DNA of 64,000 nucleotides from Schmidtea polychroa (lineage: Eukaryota), in contig CM097888.1 in assembly GCA_044892525.1 (NCBI GenBank), forward strand, positions 38,130,001 through 38,194,000. Direction: 5' to 3'. Numbering within the stretch: position 1 is the first letter of the stretch; each line of letters opens with the position of its first letter. The notes under the pieces are model-generated. The model did not search any database. It was given only the letters and a program-made list of their open reading frames with translations, and had not been told where the DNA came from. Below, piece after piece: positions 14,540 through 26,985 of this stretch. The position numbers and the translations under genes were made by a program.

Positions 14540-15990
14540 AAACATGATAACTTGGTTGGAGAAAATTACATCGGCAGAAGAAATAATATGAAATCATATG
14601 TATGCTTTTTCGACATGAAATCAAACCAAATGAGCAGTTATGTATGTATTGCAGCAAGAATCTGAAGATTAAAAGAAACAATAGACATGTTGAATAGTAC
14701 GAAGCGTGTTGAATGAATGGTAGATGCAATAGATACCAAACAATGTTGATTTTAAGAAAAGGTTCGTGCCTAAAAGCTTTTAAAATCACAGTCAAAAAGA
14801 TTTTAACATCTTTGATTTATATAGCTCAAGACGTTCAAATGTCTTGATAACTCGTCTGGCTGATGTTAAAAAATTTATATTGATAAAATTAATAAAACTG
14901 TTACATGAACGGATTGAACGCTATTTCAACCAACATCTCATTAAACTGTGTTATATTATCTTTTTGACTATTTTGTTTTTGTGTGTGGTATGAGGTTGTA
15001 TTGTTAGTTTAGGAATTTGATGAGCCCGAAAGAGTCTCCGTTAAAACTTGTGGCGGGACAATCGGGGTGCGTGTTGTGTAATAACAAGTAAAATAAAAAT
15101 AATAATAAACGATAATATATATTGGAACAAAACTTTTATTCAAAATAAAAATTTTAAGACCTTGAGTCCGGGGGTAGTTTAACTACGATTTGAATCTAGA
15201 CCTTTGCCGGGATATAGGACTGTAGGGACTGTAGATTTGCGATTTAAGATAGATCGGCCTTTGCCTGGATATAGGACTGGAAATTTGTTGTTTAAGATAG
15301 GTTAATCTGAATTTGATTCTTTCTTGTGTCTTAATACTGTGTTCAATTAATAAATTAATTGTAGGGTTTTGACTCTTTAGCTTGTACTTAGGATTCTTAT
15401 TATTTCTTACTATTATTTTCGAGATTTCAACCTTTATCCTTGTTCTCGTATCCGATCTCAAATCCTGGTCTACAAATAGGTTTGGAATTGATCTCTGCTT
15501 TTATAAGGAACTGGTATGCTTAATTCACGGTTGGAATTGAAATTGAGGACTTTATTTTCAACTTGTTACAACTTGCTTTAATATTAATTTTTAATATACG
15601 AAATCTTTTTTTTATCGACTTTTTTTAATTTTTCAATTTCCTATAGCGATAATTTACTATGGTAAATTATCGCTATATAGTTTTTTTGAAAATCTGGATT
15701 TTCCAGATGGTGGTGATTTATATTATAATATTCACGATTCCTAATCGTGAACGCTGAAATAAAAAAAAATAACTATACATTACACTATACATTACAAACT
15801 GGTTGGTCCCGGGATAATAGTTCAAATCGACGAAACAACATTAAACGTTAACGTGAAAAACCATCGTGGTTGGTCCAAATCTGCTTGTTTGGCATTTAGT
15901 ATCATTGAGATATCTCATAAACCAGCATTAGGGTTTGCTTCTATTGTTCAAGATAGATCAGCCAAAACACTTTTACCTATTATTAAAATA
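14540..15990 (+). pseudogene. Merlin (IS1016/ISXO2-like) transposase relic, interrupted
   Basis: 15793-15990 reads KLVGPGIIVQIDETTLNVNVKNHRG...VQDRSAKTLLPII (ISXO2 core). 14540-14870 has a degraded zinc-ribbon-like CMYC...GRCNRY...LRKGS segment. The LTR-like sequence at 15049-15570 lies between them. Confidence 0.6.
15049..15570 (-). mobile_element. Solo-LTR-like sequence
   Basis: TG...CA ends; minus strand has TATAAAA, duplicated CCTTTGCC(G/T)GGATATAGGACTG blocks and AATAAA in LTR order. No clean TSD. Confidence 0.45.
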
Positions 15991-16841
15991 CTTAAAAATA
16001 AATAAACAAAAATAAGGTAGGAACAGTAAAATAGCAACAAAAATTGAAAATAGTAATAAACGTGTAAAACGAGTATTAGGAGCTGCTAAAACATCTTCTA
16101 AATTGTTTTTTTAAATCTAGTTCAAAAGTTAAAGACATAATTCCAAAAATTTATTTAAAATTTTTAATTAATAAAACTTCTTTTTTAAAAAGCTATTTTA
16201 ATTTTTAATTTAAAAATTTCAACTTAAAAAATCCAATTTAAAAATTATTGAAAGTTATTTTAATAGTCAATTATTTACAATTTAAAATTATTTTGATAAA
16301 CCATTGAAATATTCAACTCTCAGCTGAAAACACCTCACAACGAGAAAATAGAAAGTCCATAAAAACCAAAAACATCAAAAATAAAATAATTTAAAACTAG
16401 TCAAAATTGACAAATAATATCCTAAACATTATTGAATTAAAAATAAATTAGAAAAATTAAAGTAACTTAACTGCGATTGGTCAAAATATCCGACCCAAAA
16501 ACTATATAAACAATGGATTGACACGACTATTCCACTGCTAACTCTAAACATCTTACAGTATCATACACCCGTTTGCGAAATATAACATAGCCTATAATCT
16601 AAAAAATCAATAAATATATATTATAGGAACACACAAACTTACTTGTGTGTAAAAATTTAATGCTGCGAAATTTAACATATTTATTATAGGAATCTAAAAA
16701 GTGAGAGAAAATAATTAAGCATACAAACACAGCACACATAATGAAAAATACATACAAAATTAATAAAGTGGTTTTTTTGCGAAATTAACATTGATTAACA
16801 TATAATTAACATATTAATATTTTCAAATTATTTAAAAAGTT

Positions 16842-17112
16842 ATGCACAAAAAAACTTTTGAATCAGATTCCGACTGCTCTACCTCGAGCTTTAGAGAAGA
16901 AGAAGAAAATACATCGTAAGATTTAATTATAAAAAAATTTAGAATATAAAATTTCTTTAGATTTACAGATATTGAAGAAGGTCCTTCGACATCTTTGAAT
17001 TTGCAGGAAAAAAATCGCAAATCGTAAATTTTAATAAATTATTTTAACAAATTAATATTTTCATAGAATTACAGAAAAAGACAAAATTCGAAAGAAGATT
17101 ACAAAAACTTAA
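16842..17112 (+). CDS. Short three-exon acidic ORF, unknown function (possibly a TE-gene fragment)
   Basis: MHKKTFESDSDCSTSSFREEEENTS / FTDIEEGPSTSLNLQEKNRKS / ITEKDKIRKK, joined by 45-nt and 43-nt GT-AG introns with matching phase 2. Confidence 0.3.
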
Positions 17113-18217
17113 AAAACTATTTTATCCATTCTTTCCTAAATGTCTTAAAAAATAAATGTTTGGTGAATACACAAATGTGATAATTGTTTTCAAATAAAAT
17201 TTCGTAACGAAGTTCAATAATGATATTCTCTAAAATGACAAATTCAAAATTTATATTTTCGTTTCGTATATTTTATTGTGATGCAGAATCGTTAGCGGAG
17301 TTGAGGTCCGATGTTCCATGATTCAGGGTACCCTTGGAATGCTTGAATCGGTTGGAGCATGGCTCTTCAATGACTTGGTTTGACACAGGGGCCGAAATGT
17401 GGGGGCTTCCTCATGGGTCCGTCGCCGGTAGATGAAGGAGCATCATCACCAATGAGCTACTAAATCTACACTTAGGAATATTTCATTCAAGAGAATCATC
17501 GAAAACGAAGCGAGAGCAGTATCGCAGTGATTGAGATGTCGGAAGTCGGCACATTAGGATATTTAATCTCCACACTTGGTTACACGCACAGGAGCACAAG
17601 ACTATTGAAACACTCGCAGAACATCGACGAACTAAATTTCCTGATATTTGAGCATGAAAGATTTTAGTTACAATGAGAATGGTGACATAAGTCGATAGAT
17701 GATAGATAGAGACAATTTTCATGAGCTTCTGAGTAAAATCGCTGAAATTCAGAACGAAATGCCACGAGAATCTTCCAATAGGTAAGGTACAACAAATGTC
17801 GTAGTACACATAATCGGTAAATGCCGACAACGAGCATGGCCAACTGAAGATTTAAAGATATACATTAACGATAGCAAATAGACGAACGTCAGACAGATCA
17901 CCAAACTCAAGTTCACATTAAGTTTTATCTCCGCAGTAGAATGCTCACACTGATAAGGGTTAATTAGCATAAATTAACCAAACAGTAGGAAGCGGTGTGA
18001 ATAAAATATCTGGGCTACCAGCTGTGAGAGCAGTAGAGAATATGCGAGGTAGCAACACAATCAATTTAACGAAAGTACAAAACCAATCTAGCAATCATAC
18101 GTAGAATACTTACATCTATTATCAGTTACAATCATTTAATAGTAATAAGCTAAATTACATAAACTTTTCATTTACATTTTAATTAAATTTACTGTTTGAT
18201 AAATAAACTAATCCCAT

Positions 18218-19991
18218 CAGCCCCGTACCGTGACACCTTTTGACGGGGGGGCCAGACTTGCGTTTGGGGGGGGCAGTAATTCTCGTGTAAACTAAGTATT
18301 TTATGAAAACAGACTAGTCACTACTCACACTTTGCACTCCAAAATGTTCAATTTAAAAAAAAGGAAAGCAAAATCGACATTTTGTCTGAGCATTATTTTG
18401 CTACATTATTGCATATACTAGTATATAGTAAATGATTTTCGCACATTTTTTAGGAACAAACACAAAAAACAAATAGCTGCATGTATTTGCACGACGGACA
18501 ATTGGACATACAAAGATTAAGTGCTCCTGAGGTTGTCCTGCTGAGACAAACCTTATGGCAATCGACACATTCTCAGTCCCTGTTCGATCTTTGGTACCAT
18601 CCACCTTCAGAGTAAAATATTCAACATCCGCAGACTTGCACTTCTTAACAATTGACTCTTGCACTATTGATGTCATTAACGCGATAATTTCATTTTGAAT
18701 TCGAGGTGATGTGTACGTGGCAATTTTGGGAATCGTTTTAATGATTCGAGCCAGCTCAGGATTTTTCTTAACAGTGTATTCGAAGAGACGTAAAAATAGA
18801 CCACACGGAAGTTTATCATCCTCATCAATATCATCTCTACTGAAACTGTCACCACGAAAGGCTAATTCATTTGTCACAAGAAACTTTACAACGTCAACGA
18901 TTTCGTTGACATAATAACGGTTGTTCTTCAGCTGTGTTTCATTAATCAAAGTGCAAACTTCCTCACCTTTTTCACATCTCAGCTGTTTCTCTTTCCAGCG
19001 TTCCATGGCATGGATGTGGCCAGCAGAAGATTCATGCTTTTGAAAACCTTTTCCTTTTTCTAAAGCCGATTTCCAATTTCGGAATCCTCCTGTTCTGAAA
19101 GCACTTTCGCCAGCAGAGCCGGGCAATGAAAATTTTCTACAGCAAAAGCAGAAGACTGTATCTTTCTCAATAGAGTACTCCAAATATGGTCTTCCATTAT
19201 ACCACACAGACGAAAATGAGCGTTCCCTTGAACCAAACGAAGTCTTTGGGAAATTTACATCAGTTGGCTGGCGTGGCATTTCTTCACCCAGATCACATTT
19301 AGTAGATGACAGAGTCTTAGCAGGTGCACAAGAAGATGAGGACATCACTGCACTGTCACGTATACATGAAATAGCAGGTACAGATGAAGGACTAGCACAA
19401 GTTGAGGACATAGTAGCAGAGATACTATCACTGGATGAAGTGACTGAAGTCACAGAATTCTTTGGAATGACTTGGAAGAAATTCATGATACTCTTTTGTG
19501 TCGACATGTTCTAATACGATGAAAATAATGTTACAAAATATGATCAATTAACATGTCACTCTGCCATAGGAGTGAGTTGAGTATAATGACATGTGATGTG
19601 CTCTCATTGGCCTATCTCTCTACCATCGTATAAAGACCACAATGCACCCACTCCGTGCTCTGACACTCAATCATGCCTCCATGCGTTGTTACTGCCTGTG
19701 AGGCAGGAAAGACAGACAGCACGCACCCTACCCACGCCACCGACTTCACATGCCAGTCTCTTCCAGTGAGGCAGATAGATGGAACATCCTACCCCCGTCC
19801 ACACTACATAAACCTCTACATGTGCAACTCATGCACACCCATGTCAATGCATGTGTGCACGATAGCAATTTTTCTTTTATCAAACATATTGAATGTAATT
19901 TTTTATTCATGTCCGTTTTTTTATTTGGGGGGGCCAGACTTGCGTTTGGGGGGGCCGGGCCCTCCTGGGCCCCCCCGACGGTACGGGCCTG
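18218..19991 (-). mobile_element. Internally deleted hAT DNA transposon with intact ends
   Basis: 14-bp TIR CAG(C/G)CCCGTACCGT at both ends; perfect 8-bp TSD AATCCCAT (18210-18217 and 19992-19999); G-rich subterminal direct repeat at 18245-18273 and 19927-19954. Confidence 0.95.
18401..19507 (-). CDS. hAT transposase (ZMYM1/Tip100-like, TTF zinc finger + DUF4371-type region), C-terminally truncated
   Basis: RSFSSVWY...LEYSIEKDTVFCFCCRKF, GFRNWK, HESSAGH, LAFRGD, YTSPRIQNEII, FTLKVDGTKD; similarity lost after QEHL. Confidence 0.88.
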   Translation of the reverse strand: MSTQKSIMNFFQVIPKNSVTSVTSSSDSISATMSSTCASPSSVPAISCIRDSAVMSSSSCAPAKTLSSTKCDLGEEMPRQPTDVNFPKTSFGSRERSFSSVWYNGRPYLEYSIEKDTVFCFCCRKFSLPGSAGESAFRTGGFRNWKSALEKGKGFQKHESSAGHIHAMERWKEKQLRCEKGEEVCTLINETQLKNNRYYVNEIVDVVKFLVTNELAFRGDSFSRDDIDEDDKLPCGLFLRLFEYTVKKNPELARIIKTIPKIATYTSPRIQNEIIALMTSIVQESIVKKCKSADVEYFTLKVDGTKDRTGTENVSIAIRFVSAGQPQEHLIFVCPIVRRANTCSYLFFVFVPKKCAKIIYYILVYAIM

Positions 19992-20140
19992 AATCCCATT
20001 ATGGTAGATATAATAATTGAAATATATTTAATATTTAATTGAAAAATTTTGATGCATCGTCAATGATCTTGAGAAGTCTTTCTTGTTCCTCACCTCTATT
20101 CTACGTAATTTAATTTTTTTATGTAATAAGAACTCTCCAT

Positions 20141-21001
20141 TTGAGGGCCACCAATGTACGTCTTCTGACATCTAGAAAAACTCTTTTGTGTATTATACTT
20201 AGAAGGAATCATGACTATTACAGAAAATTTTCACCATGTAATTTTTCTAGAAAAATGTCTAAACAAACGACTAAAGTTTTACTGGCCCCATGCTTCTCCT
20301 GTGCTGACAAGAACAGCATCATAAAATCTCTCCAGATCCAAGTTGGCTTGTTAAAAAAACGGATAGACCAAATAGAGGGGACGTGGTTCTCTCTGACCCA
20401 AATGAAGAAAGTACAAAATAAGTTATTTCGTAGCAAGCACTGTCGCGATAGCCTCATTGAGGAAAGCCGCGCGCAGCGAGCCCTGATAAAGGAGCAATCG
20501 GAAGCTCTCCACAAAATTTATCTACAAGCTTCCATAACAAAGCTATTAGTAGACATTGCAATCAGGGAAGCCAACAATCTTTTTCCCTCTCATCTTGATC
20601 GTCGAACTCACTTGGAATCACTCCAAATGAAGAAATGTCGAGAATGTATAGAAGCCGACTTATCGCCAGGTACTTCCGAAATAATCATCACGGATACCAG
20701 TCAGGTAGTGCCAAAACCTGCCGAGACGCCGGTGGTACCTAAAAAGCTAGAAGCCGTGGAAAAGCCAAAACGCCGGCAGTTATCTCGAGCTGAGCGGAAG
20801 AAACGGCTAAAGGCCAGGAGACACGAAAAGAAGGTTCAACAACAGCCTGACGAGCGACAAGTATGCAACAGCGTGATCTCGCCGTCATCAATCGGTAGGA
20901 AGTGTCTGAGAAGGTGGTGCGGTAAGAGTCGGGTGAAGTTAAAACGTAAGTCCTCCTATCGGCAGACGGATGTAGTGAGTCGGAACAGGATGAAAGAGTA
21001 G
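20141..21001 (+). CDS. Orphan ORF (coiled-coil N-half, basic C-half), possibly a retroelement ORF1/Gag-like protein
   Basis: Uninterrupted 286-codon frame in a GC-richer block; first plausible ATG at 20255; K/R-rich RRQLSRAERKKRLKARR. No family recognised. Confidence 0.45.
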   Translation: MRATNVRLLTSRKTLLCIILRRNHDYYRKFSPCNFSRKMSKQTTKVLLAPCFSCADKNSIIKSLQIQVGLLKKRIDQIEGTWFSLTQMKKVQNKLFRSKHCRDSLIEESRAQRALIKEQSEALHKIYLQASITKLLVDIAIREANNLFPSHLDRRTHLESLQMKKCRECIEADLSPGTSEIIITDTSQVVPKPAETPVVPKKLEAVEKPKRRQLSRAERKKRLKARRHEKKVQQQPDERQVCNSVISPSSIGRKCLRRWCGKSRVKLKRKSSYRQTDVVSRNRMKE

Positions 21002-21316
21002 TCTCAAGGCAGGGGCTCACCTGTTTCATCCTGTTTCGCCATCTAGTACATTACCAAATCGATGTAAATCGAGGGTCCCATGGTGTGAGAATAATTTGTT
21101 GGCGTACTATTTGGATTGGCAACCCGTGAACACGTTGTTGTAAGAAATCATCATCCCTTAGACCAGTATACAAATTTTTGCGTCAATCGGGTAGCGCGCC
21201 AACACTTAGAAAATGCATATTAACAAGCTGAACTAGACTAAGAATTTAAAAAATAATGTGTATTGATATATAAATAATTAATATATTATAGTATTATAAG
21301 AACTTTTTTTTCAAAA

Positions 21317-21408
21317 AATTATTAAAAGCTTGAAGACTACGAATCAGTAAATATATCGATGTTTTGTGATATTTTTACTGATTCATAGTCTTCAAGCTTT
21401 TAATAATT
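21317..21408. repeat. Near-perfect 41-bp inverted repeat with 10-nt spacer
   Basis: AATTATTAAAAGCTTGAAGACTACGAATCAGTAAATATATC versus its reverse complement at 21368-21408, two mismatches. Confidence 0.9.
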
Positions 21409-22087
21409 ATTATATTATACATTATATATACATACCTTTATGATTCGCTTGAAAAAATATTAAAAAACTGGAAAATATCAATATATTTACTCTAGTCACA
21501 CGCCCTAAACTATATTCCCAACACATTCATTCACTTATGGCCCGGTGCAAACCAAATGTTGTGTTACTAAAGCAAATAATATCCACCCAAATAACCGATA
21601 AATATTGTTCCAGGAATAGATTTTGGTTATTCTTAAAATTGCACGTGTACAGACATTTCATTAGAAAATTAATAAACTTGCCATTAATTAATAAACTCAA
21701 GCCCACTCTATGTCAGAATAAAATAGTGAATATTTGCTTTAATCTTCTATGACGTAAAATTTACGATGTTCGCTCACTTATATCTAATATTAACAAAAAC
21801 ACCTTTTTAAATTATAAAATATATATTTAAATTAGTTTCTAAGCACTGCAAAGTTACATTTAAATATTCCAAAATTCTAACATTTAATTATTTCACAATA
21901 ACTCAATATTAAATATTCGTTTCTGATTTTAACAATTTAATTATTTACTATTTGAATTTATTTTTTTTAACAAAATATTCGAAATTTTTTGAATTTACAG
22001 CTAAAAACGCTTTATATCTATAATATCCAATTTTAAATAAACTTAATTATGTTTTAGAATTTAGTTTTTAAAAAATCCATAATACTA

Positions 22088-22183
22088 CCGGGTTTTACCG
22101 AAAGTTATACCTCTCGAAAGTAAGCCTTTATTAGTTTTTTAAATAATTAAAATAAGCCCTGTCCAACTTTCGGGAAAACGTGG
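22088..22183. mobile_element. Miniature TA-flanked MITE (pogo/Tigger-like)
   Basis: TA-CCGGGTTTTACCGAAAGT ... ACTTTCGGGAAAACGTGG-TA imperfect TIRs. Confidence 0.45.
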
Positions 22184-22902
22184 TACAAGAAATTCAAGGG
22201 AAATATAAAGTGAGGATTGAAGTGAGTCGAAAGACATATACGTATCTTCTATTAGTAGTCTATGAATTCAAAACGCTTCGTGACATTAATAGTTCTGTCA
22301 CTAGAGTTTAACTAGGCACTCATATGAGACACAGTTCCAACGTTGATTAGTAACTAGTACCAAGTGGCCGAATAAATGTTATGTGCAGTTGTGAAGATAG
22401 TTGTATATCATTTGTCTCACCAATCCAGCATTAAAAAATTAGGTGTAATAAAATTTTAAAAATCTTGTTCATTTAAACCAATACTCAAGGTGTCTAAATG
22501 GATCATTATATTACTGTCATTATTTTGAAACCAAATACCACACTAATTTTAATGTTTTCTTACAAAATTATTCTTAAATTGAAAACTAAATTTCCAATAA
22601 CTATTTTGAGTATATTTAATTAGAATATTCAGATTAAATGACTTTTACCTAAACAATCCACAATTAATATCACGAATATCTTAAATTTTCATTTCAAAAT
22701 TTTTCATAACCACTTATTTTGAAATAGTTTTGTAAATATTAACAAGGAGCTATTTTTTATATTAATAACGTTTAAATATATATTAAAAAATATCTTATTA
22801 AAAAAGCGTTTTTTTATTGTTCTGGACTTTTTTAAAGTTATTTGAGTTATTAAAAAATTTAAATTTGATTTGTTTAAATTGATACTTTAACCTTGCAAAT
22901 TA

Positions 22903-22941
22903 TGACGCCAAATTGACGTCCTCAAGATTGTTATGACGTGA
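22903..22941 (+). promoter_or_regulatory. Cluster of three CRE-like sites in the putative CREB promoter
   Basis: TGACGCCA (22903), TGACGTCC (22914), TGACGTGA (22934), just upstream of a GTAAGT donor (22981) of a probable non-coding first exon. Confidence 0.55.
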
Positions 22942-23138
22942 CAGCCATCTTGATTAAGAGTGGTTAATTTTTTAATACATGTAAGTAAAAATAAAGCATA
23001 CAATTTTTAAAATTTTAAAATTAAAAATAATTAATGAATTATTTTTAATTAATTGGTATTAAAAGTGTACGTATTAAAATAATAAATAATAGTACACATT
23101 AATAAAAATATTTGATTTAGATTTCAAAGTAACTTTAA

Positions 23139-23258
23139 ATGTCGTTTGATGATAGTCATCAATATCTGATAGCAATACCTAATGCAAATGGAGAATCACA
23201 AACAATTATTTTTACTCCTGAAGTTCTACCGGAACAATTAATACCATTAGTGCAAAAG
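23139..23258 (+). CDS. CREB: CREB/ATF1-family bZIP factor, coding exon 1
   Basis: ATG after a TTTAG acceptor (23120); MSFDDSHQYLIAIP...PLVQK; GT donor, phase 0. Confidence 0.65.
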
Positions 23259-23399
23259 GTATTATAAAATAGATTATGTAATTTGAATTATAAGTGTTTA
23301 AAATTAAGTTCAAAAGTCAAATTATTATTAATATTTTAATAAAACCAATTTATGATACAATATTCGAAATAAGTTAATTAAAACTTATTTCGCTTCTAG

Positions 23400-23452
23400 A
23401 AACACTTAAAGGAAGAGAAGTCAGATTATTCCAACTTAAATTCTGTTTATAA
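23400..23452 (+). CDS. CREB: CREB/ATF1-family factor, coding exon 2 (first half of KID)
   Basis: TTCTAG acceptor; KHLKEEKSDYSNLNSVY + AA; GTGAGT donor, phase 2, matching the next exon. Confidence 0.65.
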
Positions 23453-24496
23453 GTGAGTATAATATTTTTAATGGTTAAGATTAATTCAAAAAGTACAAAT
23501 CTTGATTACAAATAATAATATTTATCTTTATCATTATAAATTTAATCTAATCATTTTAGTTGGTTTATAATTTCAAACAATTTGCAAATAATATAATGAT
23601 ACCCTGGATTATTTAATTTCAAATATTTTTGAATAATTTGTTTTATATCATGACTAAAGTATTTGCATTGTAATTTTGAAAATTCATTATCTTAATTCTT
23701 ATAAATTTTTTTTCACCACACGGAAATTTTTAATATTAATCATGTTTTTTAAGATATCCACTTTGATGCATATCAACAAATTAAGCGCAATTTGCTATTA
23801 ACGCTCAATTACAAAGCACACATCTTAAAAACTTAGACTAGAACAGCGAAGAGCTGTCACGGTGTTTTTAAGAACTTAAGCGGTGAGAACCGCAATTTAT
23901 CTTACTTTTGCGATTACATTATAATAATTTAATCGCTAACGCTTAACAAGGTCTCATCCCATTTCGGAAGTTACTGGTATATACTAATGATTTGAATGAC
24001 ATTTTAATATTGTTTGAGTTATATAAATTTATAGAAATAATATTTATTTCCACAAATATTCATATTCCAAAGCAATTAAGTCCAAAAATTATAAATAAAA
24101 GCTAATAAAAAATGTGAAAAATCAATATTTCTCGGGAGAAAAGGGAGAAAAAAATATGTATAAGTATAATAATTTTAAATCGACAAGAAAGATCAATCCT
24201 TTATAAGTGGATGCAAAGTCAATCAAAGTTGTCATGGTGGTGAAATCAAAATTTTACCAAAAGAACACCAGCGAATAGTAGATTATATTAAAGTGTCTAA
24301 TAGTTCAAAGAAAAAAAATTGTTGATATATTCGTACCTCATTGTGCCATACCAGGTCCCTAATTTAAAATTGATTTGAGGTGGTTTCCATTCAGGTCACG
24401 TACCAATAAACTACTGTTTCACAAATTTTAATGCAGAATTTTAAAAATTGAACTTTTTGTGTGTGCTAACACAAATATAAAAAGAAAGACAATAGT

Positions 24497-26078
24497 TCAT
24501 TGCGTGTATTTTACGTTTTTTATTCCAACAATAGTTACATCATTTAATAAACTATCCTTCATCTTTAACATTATGTCGAATTTTCTCAAGATGTTTATTC
24601 CTCCAATTACCTTTGGTGAGATCTCTTTGGCCACAATAAATTCAATTATTCTCGTCTCTTTCGTTCCCACTATTTGTACTGCAATATTTACCTTTCCTAC
24701 TAGAGATACCGGTGACTCATTTGCACATCTCAATTTAACATAACATTTTTCTAAATTAAACTTTCCTATCTTTTCTAATACACTTTCATCAATCACACTG
24801 ATCTTTGCTCCTGTATCTAATAAACAGCATAGTTCGTTCTCATTGATCAATAATGTGACACTTGGTCTACCATTTAATTTATTATATTTAATTATATTAC
24901 TATTATAATTTATATTAATATTACAAACAACATTTGCAAAATCATCTAACCTCAATCCATTATTACACCAATCACTATAAATATCTGCATCGAAGACGCA
25001 TTTACAATTATCATTACTTATATATTCATATTTCTTATTATTTCTTATTAAACAATCATCATACAAACAGTCATGCAATTCCCCATTCAACATATAACTC
25101 ATACTTACTGCAGTGCTCTGATCACCTACTCTCGTGGTGGAACATATGCATTTGGGTATTGATTTTCATCTTCTTGCCGCAACTGGTTTCTGAAATTTCT
25201 GCCATTTCCTTGGAATTTTCCTCGAATGTTTTCTTGTTCATTTTCTCTTACACCTCTGAAAGTGTTTCTTAATTGGAAGCACTGGTGTTTGAAATAACCT
25301 GTGACAATGATAACATTTAACATTCGGACATTCTGCTCTTCTATGGCCTTCTCATGACATGCCCAGCATCTGAACTTTGGTCTATTGTTTCTTTGGAGTT
25401 CTTGATTATTAAAATTAGATTGTTTGTTCTGATATTCTCGATTCTGTTTTGACTCGCTGAACGTATTTCTTCTAGGCATATCGTTATATCTGTGTAATAT
25501 TGGTCTTGTTAGAATATTTACAGTTTTTTTACCATATCCGCGTATCTCGTTTCAGTTCCCATAACTGCCATCGAGTCACTGTTTATATTTAGTTCTTTAA
25601 TTACTTTTTCGTGTTTTTTAATTCTCTTTTTCATTTCGTTCACTGATTTATATTCGTTTAATTTCAAATCTTTTTTCAAATCTTGGTTTCCCACTGCATT
25701 GAATATGAGAAATTTTTGAAGTTCTTCATTCAACTCATGTTTCAGAATTCGTTTTAATAATTTCTCAATTTTTTCGCAGAAATCATCAGTGGAATTATCT
25801 CCTTGTCTATAATCTAGATCTTCACTTAAGTCTTCCATCAAATTCATTGGTTTTTTGAAGTCTTCTCTCAGTCTATCCATATAATTTTGTTTTTCATCGG
25901 TTGAATCATATTTCTTAATTGCATCTGTTGTTAAGAAAGCCTTCACAAATCTACCTTTGAATTCCTCAGCTATCGACATTAATTCGAAAAATCTTTCGGT
26001 TTCCTTGATGAAATCTTCAACATTGGTTCCCATCTTGAAATTTTCCGGTGCTCTGATAAAATTGATAAAAACAGTCAT
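24497..26078 (-). pseudogene. Ty3/gypsy gag-protease relic in CREB intron
   Basis: Gag-like ORF 25518-26078; two frameshifted CCHC knuckles (CWACHEKGHRRAEC, CYHCH..GYFKHQC); aspartic protease LLDTGAKISV. No RT follows. Confidence 0.85.
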
Positions 26079-26776
26079 GGTACATCAATTCTTAATTTTT
26101 TTAATTAAATTAATTTAACAAAAGATTTTTTGTATGAGAATATTAACAATTTTTATGCGTTTTTTTAAATTCGACAGGCGAACATGATTAATATTTAAAG
26201 TTTTGCAAATCTTTGTATGTTTCAAATATGTAAAAGACGAGAATAACATTTCCTCTGAAATCAGAAAAAAAATTCTTTTAAATCTCATGCAAACACTGTA
26301 TAAATATCGGTAGTTTTTTTTCATATACTCCAAATATTTCTATTAAGGAGTACGAAGTGTTAAAAAATATTTGAAAAAGATAGATATGATATATAAACCT
26401 ATTATTGTCTTAATATATGGAACACGTCAAGTTAGAACATAATTTGTTTCCTGTTGAAATCATTTTTAAAACTCAATATTATACGTTATCAGAGCTGCGA
26501 GGAAAAGTAGAAATCACAAAGTAATATAGAAGTATTTAAAATCACTTATATTTTTAAACAACTGCTAAATTAAGCAGCTATTGTGAAGGTTACAAATTTT
26601 AAAATCATTTTAACGAATAATGAAAGTCATTAAACGGAATAGTTTAGAAATGTTATGCATATAGCCACTAATCAATAATGGGTTGTTAATTTCATACAAA
26701 ATGAGTGGCAAATAGTACTATAAGATCATATATTAAAATTCCCATAGATTTGGCAAATTATTGTGCTATGTATTGA

Positions 26777-26845
26777 TAGGGTTGTCAGACATTTCGGTTT
26801 TCTGGGATTGTCACGGTCCGGTGTGTTAAAAATCTGGCAATCCTA
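26777..26845. mobile_element. Tiny hAT-type MITE remnant
   Basis: TAGGGTTGTCAGA ... TCTGGCAATCCTA inverted ends; flanking TATTGA repeated on both sides. Confidence 0.45.
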
Positions 26846-26985
26846 ATATTGATGCCAATTTATTTAATAAACAATGCAATATATATGATAACGATCAATA
26901 ATAAAATGAAACAAACTTTAGCAGATCATAAATTTCTGATTTACTTAATAATTTTATCAGTGATAAAGTATATATAAAATTTCAG

